NCBI GenBank assembly: GCA_036797405.1
Contig: DAIRBC010000001.1
Coordinates: 1 to 43,521, forward strand
Direction: 5' to 3'
Length of the DNA: 43,521 nt
Origin: Gemmatimonadaceae bacterium
Lineage (GTDB): Bacteria; Gemmatimonadota; Gemmatimonadetes; Gemmatimonadales; Gemmatimonadaceae
Shown here: positions 18,546 through 28,498 of the stretch, in pieces
Layout: the number at the start of each line of letters is the position of its first letter
Position numbering within the stretch: the stretch's first letter is position 1
Program-made: the position numbers and the translations under genes
The notes under the pieces: model-generated
The model's input: only the letters and a program-made list of their open reading frames with translations
Database searches by the model: none
Told to the model about the DNA's origin: nothing

Positions 18546-20534
18546 GTGAAGAATTACGCCTTTCTGCTTGCCGCACTTGCAGCGTGCGCTCAGCAGACCC
18601 CAGTCGTTCTCGCGCCGGTGCGAATGCCAGTCGCCACTGCTACAACATCCGGCTCTGTTTTCGATACCCAGCGCGATGATCCTTTTGCCACCACCAACCG
18701 AATCGATTGGCCCGGCCCAAATCGCTACCGCTCATCAAGCGGTGTGCCGGGCCCCGACTACTGGCAACAGAGAGCGGACTACACGATAGCTGCATCGCTC
18801 GATACTGGCGCGGCGCAGCTCAACGGCTCGGTGCAGATCAGATACACCAATAATTCGCCCGACACCCTTCGATATGTCTGGGTTCAGGTCGACCAGAACC
18901 TCTACCGCGCGGGAAGCAAGGGATCCGCGCTGTTTCCCGCGGACTCGCGCTGGGGAGTGAGGGGATTTCAGGGGGGCTACGACCTGACGGATGTGCAGGT
19001 GAATGGGACGTCCGTGCAGCCCCGGATCAACGACACCATGATGCGTCTCGATCTTCCCACACCGCTGACGCCCGGCGGGGGGAAAGCGACGATCTCCATC
19101 AAGTACTCCTTCAGAGTGCCCGAGCACGGATCGGATCGGATGGGACGAGACAGCGCGCTCTTCGAGATCGCACAGTGGTACCCGCGCATGGCGGTTTACG
19201 ACGACGTTCGGGGATGGAACACCGATCCGTACCTCGGCCAAGGCGAGTTCTACCTCGAGTACGGAGATGTCGACTATTCAGTGACGGTGCCAGCGGGATA
19301 TACCGTTGCCGGCAGCGGCGTGCTGCAGAATCCTGCAGATGTCCTGACCGCGGAGCAACGCCGCCGTCTCACGACGGCGTCACGGGGCACCGACGTAGTT
19401 CAAATCATTACCCAACCGGAAGCGGCCGCGGCAAAGACACGACGCGTTGCTGGAACGAAAACCTGGCATTTCCGCGCGCAACACGTCCACGATGTCGCGT
19501 GGGCGGGTGCTCCTGATTTCAGATGGGATGCAACCAGCTGGGACGGCGGACTGGCGCAAGCGTACTACGAATTCCCCAAAGCCGGAAAAGCGTGGGAACA
19601 CGCGGCCGAACAGACGGCGTGGACCATTCGTCAGTACTCACAGCTCTTCTTTCCCTATCCCTATCCGCAGGCGACGAGCGTCGCGGGCCCGGTTGGCGGA
19701 ATGGAATACCCGATGTTCGTCATGGTGCACTACGGCAATGATGATCCCTCGTCGATCTTCGGCGTGATCAATCACGAGCACGGGCACGAATGGTTTCCGA
19801 TGATCGTCGGCTCGAATGAGCGTCGCTATGCCTGGATGGACGAAGGCTTCAACACCTACCTCAATGCGTTCGCGAATGAGGCTCGTTATCCGGGACAGAA
19901 TGCCTACCCCGGCTACCTGAAGAACTGGGGCGATGCGGTAACGGCGGGAACCCAGTCGCCGCTAATGACGGCGCCGGACAACATCGATGGTGCCGCGCTG
20001 GGCGCGATCGGCTACCGAAAACCCGCGGTTGTGCTGCTGACGCTGCGGAACCACGTTGTCGGACCTGATTTATTTGATTCTGCGTTCCGCGAATACACCC
20101 GGACTTGGGCGTTCAGGCATCCAACACCCGGAGATTTCTTCCGCAGCATCGAGAATTCAGTCGGCGAAGACCTCTCCTGGTTCTGGCATAGCTTCTTCTA
20201 CACTACGGACGTTCTCGACATCGGCATCGAAAGCGTTTCCACACGCACATCCGAGGGTCAGACATTCGCCGTGATCGCGCTACGCCGGAATACGTCCATA
20301 CCGTTTCCGGTCCGGCTACGAGTGGCCTACGCGGATGGTACAAGTCAGGATTTTTCGCTACCCGTCAACATCTGGGCTCGCGGCAATCGATTTGAGGCGG
20401 TGCTACCGGTGCGCGGTCCAGTAACGGGCGTTCGGCTCTGGCCGGATCCTTCGGTACCTGATTGGAATCCCACGAACGACACGTGGGGGAGCCCTCCGCC
20501 GGCGAATCCCGCGCGCCCGGTTACGCGAGAGTAG
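18546..20534 (+). CDS. M1 family metallo-aminopeptidase, lipoprotein
   Basis: Lipobox LAAC, GGMEYP, HEHGHEWF...WMDEG (HExxH-x18-E). Confidence 0.93.
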   Translation: MKNYAFLLAALAACAQQTPVVLAPVRMPVATATTSGSVFDTQRDDPFATTNRIDWPGPNRYRSSSGVPGPDYWQQRADYTIAASLDTGAAQLNGSVQIRYTNNSPDTLRYVWVQVDQNLYRAGSKGSALFPADSRWGVRGFQGGYDLTDVQVNGTSVQPRINDTMMRLDLPTPLTPGGGKATISIKYSFRVPEHGSDRMGRDSALFEIAQWYPRMAVYDDVRGWNTDPYLGQGEFYLEYGDVDYSVTVPAGYTVAGSGVLQNPADVLTAEQRRRLTTASRGTDVVQIITQPEAAAAKTRRVAGTKTWHFRAQHVHDVAWAGAPDFRWDATSWDGGLAQAYYEFPKAGKAWEHAAEQTAWTIRQYSQLFFPYPYPQATSVAGPVGGMEYPMFVMVHYGNDDPSSIFGVINHEHGHEWFPMIVGSNERRYAWMDEGFNTYLNAFANEARYPGQNAYPGYLKNWGDAVTAGTQSPLMTAPDNIDGAALGAIGYRKPAVVLLTLRNHVVGPDLFDSAFREYTRTWAFRHPTPGDFFRSIENSVGEDLSWFWHSFFYTTDVLDIGIESVSTRTSEGQTFAVIALRRNTSIPFPVRLRVAYADGTSQDFSLPVNIWARGNRFEAVLPVRGPVTGVRLWPDPSVPDWNPTNDTWGSPPPANPARPVTRE

Positions 20535-20607
20535 TGTGGTCGTTTGGTTTAAGAGGGGCTCTCCGATAGATTGCGGGCGTACCCGATACAGATCACTGGA
20601 GTTAGTA

Positions 20608-21357
20608 ATGCCGGATTTCGGAAGCTGGGCAACGGCTTGGTGGAAGCCGATTTTGTTCGTAATTGTCGCCGGACACCTCACCAACGTGTCGGTCACACTC
20701 TTTCTGCATCGAGCTCAAACCCACCGTGGGGTCAAGCTGCACTTCCTCGCAGCCTTGCCAATGCGGCTCTGGTTGTGGCTCTCGACAGCCATCGTTACGA
20801 AGGAATGGGTGGCATGTCATCGAAAGCACCACGCATTCGCAGACCGCGAAGGGGATCCGCACAGCCCACTCATGGAAGGATTGCGGAACATCGTGCTGAA
20901 AGGTGCCTTCTACTATAGAAAGACGGTTCGTCAACCTGGAGTCCTCGACAAGTACGGGAAGGGGACCCCGAACGACTGGCTGGAGAGGCATCTCCTCTCC
21001 CCACTCAACTGGGTGGGCATCCTGGTGATGCTTGCCGTCGACATCTATCTATTCGGCTTCTTCGTTGGCCCCCTGGTTTGGGGCGTTCAAATGATCTGGA
21101 TCCCGTTCTGGGCGGCCGGGATCGTAAATGGAGTAGGTCACGCGGTTGGATACCGGAACTTCGACGTCAAGGACGAAAGCCGGAACATCTCTCCGATTGC
21201 GATCTGGCTGGGTGGCGAGGAGCTGCACAACAACCATCACGCCGATCCCCACTCCGCGAAATTCAAGGCAAAGTGGTATGAATTCGACATCGGCTGGATG
21301 TATCTGCGACTCCTTTCCATTTTTGGCCTCGCTGAAATCTCCTACGCGCGCAGGTAG
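20608..21357 (+). CDS. desA: delta-9 fatty acid desaturase (DesA-like)
   Basis: His boxes HRAQTH, HRKHH, HNNHH; GGAG RBS. Confidence 0.92.
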   Translation: MPDFGSWATAWWKPILFVIVAGHLTNVSVTLFLHRAQTHRGVKLHFLAALPMRLWLWLSTAIVTKEWVACHRKHHAFADREGDPHSPLMEGLRNIVLKGAFYYRKTVRQPGVLDKYGKGTPNDWLERHLLSPLNWVGILVMLAVDIYLFGFFVGPLVWGVQMIWIPFWAAGIVNGVGHAVGYRNFDVKDESRNISPIAIWLGGEELHNNHHADPHSAKFKAKWYEFDIGWMYLRLLSIFGLAEISYARR

Positions 21358-21365
21358 ATCCGCGC

Positions 21366-21647
21366 GTGCCTGAGACAGTAACCTGCGCGCGGTGTGGTCA
21401 GACGCGCGCGGGATTCGTAAAGCCGCCCTTTCCCGGACCAATCGGGGCCCGCGTCGTCGAGGAGATCTGTACCCAGTGCTGGGCGGACTGGCTCAAGCAG
21501 CAGACAATGCTGATCAATCATTACGGGCTCAATGTGATGGACCCGCAGGCGCGGTCCTTCCTGACGAAGAACATGAGTGCGTTCTTCTTCAAGACCGGCG
21601 CTTCCTCCGACATCGACACCAGCAAGAAAGGGACGATCAGTCACTAA
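21366..21647 (+). CDS. yggX: Fe(II)-trafficking / oxidative-damage protection protein
   Basis: PPFPGPIG...W..WLKQQTMLINHYGL...ARSFL is the YggX signature. Confidence 0.9.
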   Translation: MPETVTCARCGQTRAGFVKPPFPGPIGARVVEEICTQCWADWLKQQTMLINHYGLNVMDPQARSFLTKNMSAFFFKTGASSDIDTSKKGTISH

Positions 21648-23431
21648 TGGCGGACCCGAAGAGAGCTCTCGCTTTATTCCTCTTGCTCGCAGGTTTCGGG
21701 TGCAAAACGGCCAGCACCAATCCGGCGGATATGACAGGAGCGGCGGTCTCGTCGCGCTGGACCGATTCCATCCTTGCCTCGCTCAGCCTTCGCGAGAAGG
21801 CAGCGCAGATCGTCTGGCCGAGCGTGTACGGCGACTTCGTGTCGGGCGATTCTCCGCAGTGGCGCAGACTAACCGACTATATCCAGAAAGAAAAAGTGGG
21901 CGGTTTCACGATATCGGTGGGCTCGCCAACCGAAGTGGCGGCCAAGTTGAATGCACTGCAGTCGATGAGCCAGGTGCCCCTTCTTTTTGGGGCTGATCTC
22001 GAGGCAGGGGCGGGATTTCGCGCCAGGGGCGGTTACTTCGTTCCCAATGCCATAGATCTCGGTGGCGCGATCGTATTTCCTCCCGAGATGGCCGTCGGCG
22101 CAACTCGTGACACCACGCTCGCCTATGAGCAGGGAAGACTCACCGCGATCGAAGGGCGGGCGCTAGGAATCCATATCGCGTACGCGCCGGTGCTCGACGT
22201 CAACAACAATCCCGACAATCCCGTCATCAACACCCGCTCATATGGGGAAGATCCGCAGCTCGATGCGCGTTTGGGCGTCGCGTTCATCCACGGAGTGCAG
22301 GATCATGGGATGATTGCGACGGGCAAGCATTTTCCGGGTCATGGCGACACCGGGGTCAATTCGCATCTGGCCTTGCCCGTGGTGACTGTGAGCCGGAGCA
22401 GGCTCGATACCGTGGAGCTGGTTCCATTCCGCGCCGCTGTGAATGGCGGGGTTGGAGCGATCATGTCCTTTCACGGTGCGATGCCGGCACTCGATTCGTC
22501 GAACGTGCCAGGAACGCTTTCACCGAAGGTACTGACAGGGCTGCTTCGCGGAGAATTGGGCTTCAAGGGGGTAATCATCTCCGACGCGATGGACATGCGG
22601 GGAGTTCTTGATCAGTACGGCTCCGACGAAGCCGTGAAACGCGCGATTTCGGCAGGAATCGATGTGCTCATACAACCGCTGGACGTTTCGCAAACCATTG
22701 ATGCAGTCGTGGCCGGCATCCGGGAAGGCCGCTACACCGAAGCGCGATTGGATTCTTCAGTGCGTAGAGTCGTTGAAATGAAGCGTCGGCTCGGGCTCGC
22801 ACAGCGGAAGCTCGTCGACCTTAACGCGTTACGATTCCTGGTAGGCGACACCTCGAATCTTCAGATCGCGCGCAGAGTGGCGGAGAAGTCCATCACATTA
22901 GTGAGAGACTCGGTGAGGCAGGTTCCGATTGCACCGGGAATGGCGAAGGTTCTGTCGATAACGCTTGCACGGCGCGCCGACCTTGGCGCAGGGAACGCGT
23001 TCAACGCGGAGCTTCGGGCGGGACTGCCAAATCTGCGCACCGAATTCATGGCAACCGAGGATGCTTCGCTGAATTTTCCGCGTTTGATCGCCGCAGCTGA
23101 TTCAGCCGATGTCACGATCGTCGGATCCTACGTGGGTCAAAGCTGGGATGCGGTAAGTGCTAGCGCGCCGCAGGCGTTCGCCAACTTCATGCAGACTCTG
23201 GTTCAGCGTGGAAGAAAACCAATTGTCATCGCGTTCGGGAATCCGTATCTGCTTCAGCAGCTGCCGTCGATTGGTACTTATCTGGTTGCGTGGGGTGGTT
23301 TTCCAGTTTCTCAGACTGCGGCAGCTCGAGCACTGCTGGGCTCGTCCGCGATCTCTGGTCACCTACCGATCAGCATACCGCCATATGCCAGTCGCGGAAC
23401 GGGAATTGAAAGGGCACCAGTATCGAGGTAG
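21647..23431 (+). CDS. GH3 beta-N-acetylhexosaminidase, lipoprotein
   Basis: APVLDVN, RSYGED, KHFPGHGDT..DSH-like (GVNSH), IISDAMDM; lipobox GFGC; TAATG coupling with yggX. Confidence 0.92.
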   Translation: MADPKRALALFLLLAGFGCKTASTNPADMTGAAVSSRWTDSILASLSLREKAAQIVWPSVYGDFVSGDSPQWRRLTDYIQKEKVGGFTISVGSPTEVAAKLNALQSMSQVPLLFGADLEAGAGFRARGGYFVPNAIDLGGAIVFPPEMAVGATRDTTLAYEQGRLTAIEGRALGIHIAYAPVLDVNNNPDNPVINTRSYGEDPQLDARLGVAFIHGVQDHGMIATGKHFPGHGDTGVNSHLALPVVTVSRSRLDTVELVPFRAAVNGGVGAIMSFHGAMPALDSSNVPGTLSPKVLTGLLRGELGFKGVIISDAMDMRGVLDQYGSDEAVKRAISAGIDVLIQPLDVSQTIDAVVAGIREGRYTEARLDSSVRRVVEMKRRLGLAQRKLVDLNALRFLVGDTSNLQIARRVAEKSITLVRDSVRQVPIAPGMAKVLSITLARRADLGAGNAFNAELRAGLPNLRTEFMATEDASLNFPRLIAAADSADVTIVGSYVGQSWDAVSASAPQAFANFMQTLVQRGRKPIVIAFGNPYLLQQLPSIGTYLVAWGGFPVSQTAAARALLGSSAISGHLPISIPPYASRGTGIERAPVSR

Positions 23432-23595
23432 CCGAATGTTGCGTCGTCGTCAAATCAGTTGATGCGATAGTGAAATCGATTCGGATTTTTTTCTGTTGAC
23501 GGCGCCACAGTCGAATCGTATATCAGACGGGCGCTCCTCCTCGCGACGTTTCGCAAACAGCTGAGACGTCATCCACAAAAAAATCTGAAGCGGTC

Positions 23596-23625
23596 TTGAC
23601 TTTAGTCACAAAAAGTGACTAATTC
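23596..23625 (+). promoter_or_regulatory. promoter with a perfect 21-bp palindromic operator upstream of nrtR (likely autoregulation)
   Basis: TTAGTCAC-AAAAA-GTGACTAA (23602-23622) directly after a TTGACT -35 box. Confidence 0.75.
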
Positions 23626-23634
23626 GCTTTCATC

Positions 23635-24306
23635 ATGCGCGAACGCCCCTCCAGGACCAGCCCGTACAGTATCGATATCGTGCTGGTGACCGCGATGGGA
23701 AACGAGCTGGCGATTCTCCTGATCCGCGGCTCGGCTGAGCGCGAACGGTGGGCTCTTCCATGGCGAGCTCCGCAAACGGGTGAGACTCTCGAAGCCGCGG
23801 CTGTCAGGGTGGCCGAACATGCGTTGGGTGAGCCGCCGATCTGGACGGAGCAAATCGGCGCATTCGGAGACGCCAAACGACATCCAAGCGACTCCGAGAT
23901 TTCCGTAGCATTCGTCGGGCTCGTCCCGCACGAAACCGCCTCCCCCAGCGCAGGTTACACGTGGTTTCCGATGCGCGACCTGCCTCCCCTTTCACCCAGG
24001 CAGCGCGCTATCGTCGAAGTCGCGACCCGGACGATACAAGGGCGGCTCGATCAGGCCCCAATTGCGTTCAGACTTTTGCCCTTGACATTCACGTTGAGCG
24101 AGCTGCAACAGGTGTACGAGCTGCTGCTTGGTAAACGCCTGCACAAAGCCAGTTTTCGACGTGCCCTTCAGGCGGCCTGGCTCGTCGAACCTACAGACGA
24201 ATGGCGCAGTGAAGGGAGAGGCCGACCCGCCCAACTTTTTCGGTATGCACCGAAGAAAAGGCGCAGACCTCACCGGGGTGTGAGGTTCGATTTTCTCTAC
24301 CCCTGA
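23635..24306 (+). CDS. nrtR: NrtR-family Nudix-related transcriptional regulator
   Basis: Degenerate Nudix N-domain plus winged-helix FTLSELQQVYELLLGKRLHKASFRR...GRPAQLFRY. Confidence 0.88.
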   Translation: MRERPSRTSPYSIDIVLVTAMGNELAILLIRGSAERERWALPWRAPQTGETLEAAAVRVAEHALGEPPIWTEQIGAFGDAKRHPSDSEISVAFVGLVPHETASPSAGYTWFPMRDLPPLSPRQRAIVEVATRTIQGRLDQAPIAFRLLPLTFTLSELQQVYELLLGKRLHKASFRRALQAAWLVEPTDEWRSEGRGRPAQLFRYAPKKRRRPHRGVRFDFLYP

Positions 24307-24342
24307 GACGAGTTAAGGCCAGTATAAACCCCGCTAACCCCG

Positions 24343-24369
24343 GGAACCCCTTGCGGTAGCGGTGTATTA
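24343..24369 (+). promoter_or_regulatory. candidate ECF-sigma promoter GGAAC-N16-GTAT
   Basis: Same motif recurs upstream of the genes starting at 29091 and 30919. Confidence 0.5.
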
Positions 24370-24420
24370 GTTGCAATGTGTACCTAAGGCTCGACCCCTT
24401 GAAAAAGGAGCCCGGTAGCT

Positions 24421-24729
24421 ATGCTGGCTTATCTGGACAGTTTGTGCGCAGCCCTGCTCGCACGAGACAGCACAGAGATACAGCGACTTTTGGCACTTCC
24501 CGCAGCGCGCGATCTACCACGTAGAGTGCGCGAGGAAGCCGTTGCCATTTCCCGTGCGGGCAACCGGAGCTTCATGGCGCCGATCCATTCGCTCCACTTC
24601 TATTACAAGCTTACTCACATGGTCGACGAGTCGAGCGATCCGATCTTCGGAGATTCTTCGAAGCAGAGCGAAGCAGAGGGCGGACAGATCGAGCTTCCCC
24701 TCCGCAAAGTAGGAAACGGTGGGCGTTAA
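24421..24729 (+). CDS. hypothetical protein, 102 aa, with C-terminal QIELPL motif
   Basis: AAGGAG RBS; fills the gap between nrtR and ligD. Confidence 0.75.
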   Translation: MLAYLDSLCAALLARDSTEIQRLLALPAARDLPRRVREEAVAISRAGNRSFMAPIHSLHFYYKLTHMVDESSDPIFGDSSKQSEAEGGQIELPLRKVGNGGR

Positions 24730-24735
24730 GCCCCA

Positions 24736-27534
24736 CTAAACGAGCGCCCGAAGCGAGTTTTTTTTCCTCATCGCTTCGCCCCAGACATCCCCCATTTTTT
24801 CGAAACGCTCAGCGGCATTTCCCAAATGGAATGCGCGCGGATCGAGATCGTCGGTGATCTCATTCCATTTGAGAGGAGTCGAAACCGTAGCTCCGGGCTT
24901 TGCGCGCACGCTGTAGGCGGAGGCGACGGTTTTTCCCTGGATGTTCTGGAGGTAATCGACGTAAACCATTGCGGCGCCGCGCGCTTTGACGGAGCGCTCG
25001 ATCGTGGCCGCTTTGGGGTGCGCGTCCGCAACTTTCGTGGCGATCATCTGCGCGACGAGCGTCGCCGCCTCGTTCGGCGTCCGTGAGGGGAGAGGTAGAT
25101 AGATATGTAATCCCGTAGAACCGGAAGTCTTGATCGCGGCGTTGAGCCCGAATCCGTCGATCACGTCCTTGGCCCAGCGGGCGACTTGAATGACTCGGCC
25201 AAAGTTGGCGCGCGGCCCCGGATCCAGATCGATGATCGTGTAGTCAGCGTACTGCAGCGATTGAACGCGCGAATGCCACGGGTCGACGGAGATGGCCCCA
25301 AGCTGGACCGTATATAGGAGGGTGAGGAGATCTCCCCCGATGATCCGTGACTGTTTTTCTCCGCTGTCGGTTTCTATCACCTCTACCCGGACCTCAGATG
25401 GGGTCGTCGCCGACGCCTTCTGCTGGTAGAAGCTCTCGCCGTTGATCCCATTCGGGAACCGCTTCAAAACGAGCGGACGGTCCTGAGCCACCGGCAGGAT
25501 AAAGTCCGCGATGCGCGTGTAGTAGCGCATCACGTCGCCCTTGGTGAACTTCTCCTTCGGGAAAAAGATCTTGTCCAGATTGGAGACCTTGAGCGCCTCT
25601 CCGCCCCCGAGGTCAAGGGAACCGTCGCCACCCTTCTTCTCGATTGCCGACAGCTGGTCCAACAGCGAGCCTTTATCGATTCTTCCGGGCGTTCCCCCCT
25701 CCGAGGACAAGGTTCGTCGCGCGGTCTTTCGCGGTGGAGGCTTCGTAGCCGTGTTGGCGCGAGCAGCAACGCTGAGATGGGCCTCCCGCTTGGAAATCGT
25801 GCCATTGCGCTCTGACTTTCTTTGAACGCTCGTCGCTTCGAGTCCGACTTCCTTCGGATCCTTGTCGTCGCGCACCCCGAGGAAGATCGGCTGGCGGAGG
25901 CGACGGTCCGCCGTCCATTCGCTGAACTTCACTTCGACGACGACTTCTGGCTTTGCCCAATTGGCCTTTTCGTTGGTTTTCGGCATTTCTTCGAAAGGCG
26001 AAGTCTTTTTCTCCAACGGCTTGAGACGGCGATACATCTCCTCCAGGCCCTGTCGCGTAAACCCGCCACCTGTATGGCCGACATAGATGAACCGGCCGTG
26101 GTCGAAGTAGCCAAGCAGAAGCGCGCCGATGTGCTCACGGCTGTTTCGCGGTTCCGTGTAGCCGCCGACTACGAACTCCTGCCTGAATTCGATCTTGAGC
26201 TTGAGCCAGTTGTGTGACCGGTTGCCGGGCTCGTAGCGTGAGTCAATGCGCTTGGCGATGATTCCCTCCCATCCCTGACGACGCGCCTTCTCCAGCATTT
26301 TTTTTCCGTCGTCCTGTACCGACTCCGTAATGCGAAGCTGCGCGGAGACGCGCTTCCCGACTCGCTTGATGAGGCGAGCACGCCGTTCCGACCACGGCTC
26401 TTTGATCAGCACCTCGTCCCCGTCCATCAGTATGTCGAAGAGAATGAGCGCAGCGGGCGTGGAAGACGAGAGTCGCTCGATCATGCGCGAATCTTTTACG
26501 TGCATGCGGCCTTGCAGCTGCTGGAAGCGTGCAGGCTCGCCATCGATTAGCGCGACGATCTCGCCGTCGAGCACTAGAGATCTCCTGGACTGAGACGCCA
26601 GCTTTTTCAGGGCCCCGACAATCTCGGGAAATTGCTGCGCTTTGTCCTTGCCATTGCGGGTAATGAGCCTTACCTCGGTCGGCGTTGCGTAGGCAAGAAC
26701 CCGAATCCCGTCGTACTTGGGCTCGAACGTCCAGTTCTCTCCCGGCACTTCGCTTCCGACGCTGGCGAGCATCGGATCGAGCGACTTGAGAGAAAGCTTC
26801 GCCGACGATGATTTCACCGCGCCCTTCTTGGACGGCAGCGATATCGCTGCGGCCTTTTTCGGCTCGCGATTGCTTCGCCAGACTTTGCTCTTCCCCGATG
26901 CAATCTCTTCCATGGTCCGGGCCGTTTCGACCGAGGTCACATTATCCACGACGACATCCCGATCGCTCGCGAACTCATCGCGATGCTTGATCAGGAGCCA
27001 CTGCGGCTTGGACGACGACCCAGCGCGCGCGAATTTCATGCGAATGAGTGCGTAGGAGCCGCGCAGCCTTTCGCCATGAAATGTGATCTTGAGGTCGCCG
27101 CGTTTCAGTCCTTCGCGGATGGCGCTCTCCTCCCCTTCGGGTGAAGGGGCGAGGTCGGACGAGTACGTCCCGCGATCCCAGAGCATGACCGTTCCGCCGC
27201 CATATTCTCCCTTCGGGATAGTTCCCTCGAAGGTGTTGTAGTCGATCGGGTGATCCTCGACTTGCATTGCGAGCCGCTTGACCGAAGGGTCGAGGCTTGG
27301 GCCCTTTGGAACGGCCCAACTCTTCATGACCCCATCGAGCTCGAGGCGAAGGTCAAAGTGCAGATGACTCGCGGCGTGTTTCTGGATGACGAACCCGAGA
27401 TGGCCCCCGCGCTTGGGGGAGGGGGGTTCGTCGCCAGACGGCTCACCTGTTCTGTCGAAGTCACGCTTTCTCTGGTACTCGGCAAGCTGGGCGCGAGCGC
27501 TACGCCTGGAGCTGCCGCTCGTCGTTACAGCCAT
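24736..27534 (-). CDS. ligD: NHEJ DNA ligase D (phosphoesterase-ligase-polymerase)
   Basis: PE domain QKHAASHLHFDLRLE...SWAVPKGP; ligase EPKYDG, EGIIAK, WLKLK; primase/polymerase DLDPGP, KTSGSTGLHI. Confidence 0.97.
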   Translation of the reverse strand: MAVTTSGSSRRSARAQLAEYQRKRDFDRTGEPSGDEPPSPKRGGHLGFVIQKHAASHLHFDLRLELDGVMKSWAVPKGPSLDPSVKRLAMQVEDHPIDYNTFEGTIPKGEYGGGTVMLWDRGTYSSDLAPSPEGEESAIREGLKRGDLKITFHGERLRGSYALIRMKFARAGSSSKPQWLLIKHRDEFASDRDVVVDNVTSVETARTMEEIASGKSKVWRSNREPKKAAAISLPSKKGAVKSSSAKLSLKSLDPMLASVGSEVPGENWTFEPKYDGIRVLAYATPTEVRLITRNGKDKAQQFPEIVGALKKLASQSRRSLVLDGEIVALIDGEPARFQQLQGRMHVKDSRMIERLSSSTPAALILFDILMDGDEVLIKEPWSERRARLIKRVGKRVSAQLRITESVQDDGKKMLEKARRQGWEGIIAKRIDSRYEPGNRSHNWLKLKIEFRQEFVVGGYTEPRNSREHIGALLLGYFDHGRFIYVGHTGGGFTRQGLEEMYRRLKPLEKKTSPFEEMPKTNEKANWAKPEVVVEVKFSEWTADRRLRQPIFLGVRDDKDPKEVGLEATSVQRKSERNGTISKREAHLSVAARANTATKPPPRKTARRTLSSEGGTPGRIDKGSLLDQLSAIEKKGGDGSLDLGGGEALKVSNLDKIFFPKEKFTKGDVMRYYTRIADFILPVAQDRPLVLKRFPNGINGESFYQQKASATTPSEVRVEVIETDSGEKQSRIIGGDLLTLLYTVQLGAISVDPWHSRVQSLQYADYTIIDLDPGPRANFGRVIQVARWAKDVIDGFGLNAAIKTSGSTGLHIYLPLPSRTPNEAATLVAQMIATKVADAHPKAATIERSVKARGAAMVYVDYLQNIQGKTVASAYSVRAKPGATVSTPLKWNEITDDLDPRAFHLGNAAERFEKMGDVWGEAMRKKNSLRALV

Positions 27535-27543
27535 GAAGGCGCC

Positions 27544-28401
27544 TTATGCGGTTCGTCTCTTCTTCGGCTTCGCGGATTTGCGGCCGGCTGCCACCGCCTT
27601 TTTCTTGACGCGGTCGGCTCCCCTTTTTCCGCTGCCTTCCTCGAGACTGGCGCGAAGGCGCGTCATGAGGTCGAGAACTCCGCTATCTGGAGTCTCACCG
27701 CCGGGCTCCTCAAGTCTGGGCTTCTTTCCCTTCATCTTTGCCTTGATGACCTTCATTAAATTCGCGCGATAGTCGTCGGTGTAGCGGGTGGGGTCAAATG
27801 GCTCCGCAAGGTTTTCGACCAGCTGCTCCGCCATCTGCAGCTCCTGAGGCCTGACTGCGTCACGGCCGGGAAAGTTGAACTCTGTTGCGTCGACCAGCTC
27901 GTTGGCGAATCGCATGATCTCGAGCACGAGCGCGTCGCCGATAACCTTCACACCGGCGAGATGCTGCGTCTGCCTGATGATGATCTTTCCGATACCGACC
28001 GATCCGGTCTTTCGAATTGCCTCGCGAAGCAACGCGTAAGGTTTCTCGCCGCCTTTTGTGGGGACGAGGTAATACGGTGTCTCGAAGTAGCGGGGGTCGA
28101 TCTCGTCCTGCTTGACGAAGTCGAGGATGTCGATTGTCCTGGACTGCTCGAGGGCAGCAGTCTTGAAGTCTGCGTCGGTGAGCACGACGAACTTCCCCTT
28201 CTCGTACTCGTAGCCTTTGACGATCTCATTCCACGGAACCGTCTCGCCGTCAGCCTGGCAGACTCGTTCGTATTTCACGGGCGAAAGATCCTGTTCGTGG
28301 AGGAGGCGGAAGCTGATATGGTCGGCGCGAACCGCGGTCTTCAACTCCACCGGAATATTCACGAGCCCGAACGTCAGCGAGCCTCTCCAGATTGCAGCCA
28401 T
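27544..28401 (-). CDS. ku: Ku DNA-end-binding protein
   Basis: IWRGSLTFGLVNIPV, IVKGYEY, YFETPYYL, basic C-terminal tail; directly upstream of ligD. Confidence 0.97.
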   Translation of the reverse strand: MAAIWRGSLTFGLVNIPVELKTAVRADHISFRLLHEQDLSPVKYERVCQADGETVPWNEIVKGYEYEKGKFVVLTDADFKTAALEQSRTIDILDFVKQDEIDPRYFETPYYLVPTKGGEKPYALLREAIRKTGSVGIGKIIIRQTQHLAGVKVIGDALVLEIMRFANELVDATEFNFPGRDAVRPQELQMAEQLVENLAEPFDPTRYTDDYRANLMKVIKAKMKGKKPRLEEPGGETPDSGVLDLMTRLRASLEEGSGKRGADRVKKKAVAAGRKSAKPKKRRTA

Positions 28402-28443
28402 CCCGGCACTCCCGGTTCGAGTGGGCGATCGATGGTGGAGGGA

Positions 28444-28459
28444 AGCAACTCATATGCCG
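28444..28459 (-). promoter_or_regulatory. candidate sigma-54 promoter for ku-ligD
   Basis: Minus strand CGGCATATGAGTTGCT (GG-N10-GC with GGCA and TTGCT), 42 nt upstream of the ku ATG and downstream of a strong terminator. Confidence 0.6.
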
Positions 28460-28498
28460 CCTGTGGAAAACCAATTTTGTGATTACCCACTGACGCAG

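Noticed and set aside
23569..23577. Scattered 8/9 DnaA-box matches (TCATCCACA here, TTTTCCACA near 28462)
   Set aside because: Isolated, with no cluster or unwinding element; no origin is supportable, and no iterons were seen near repA.
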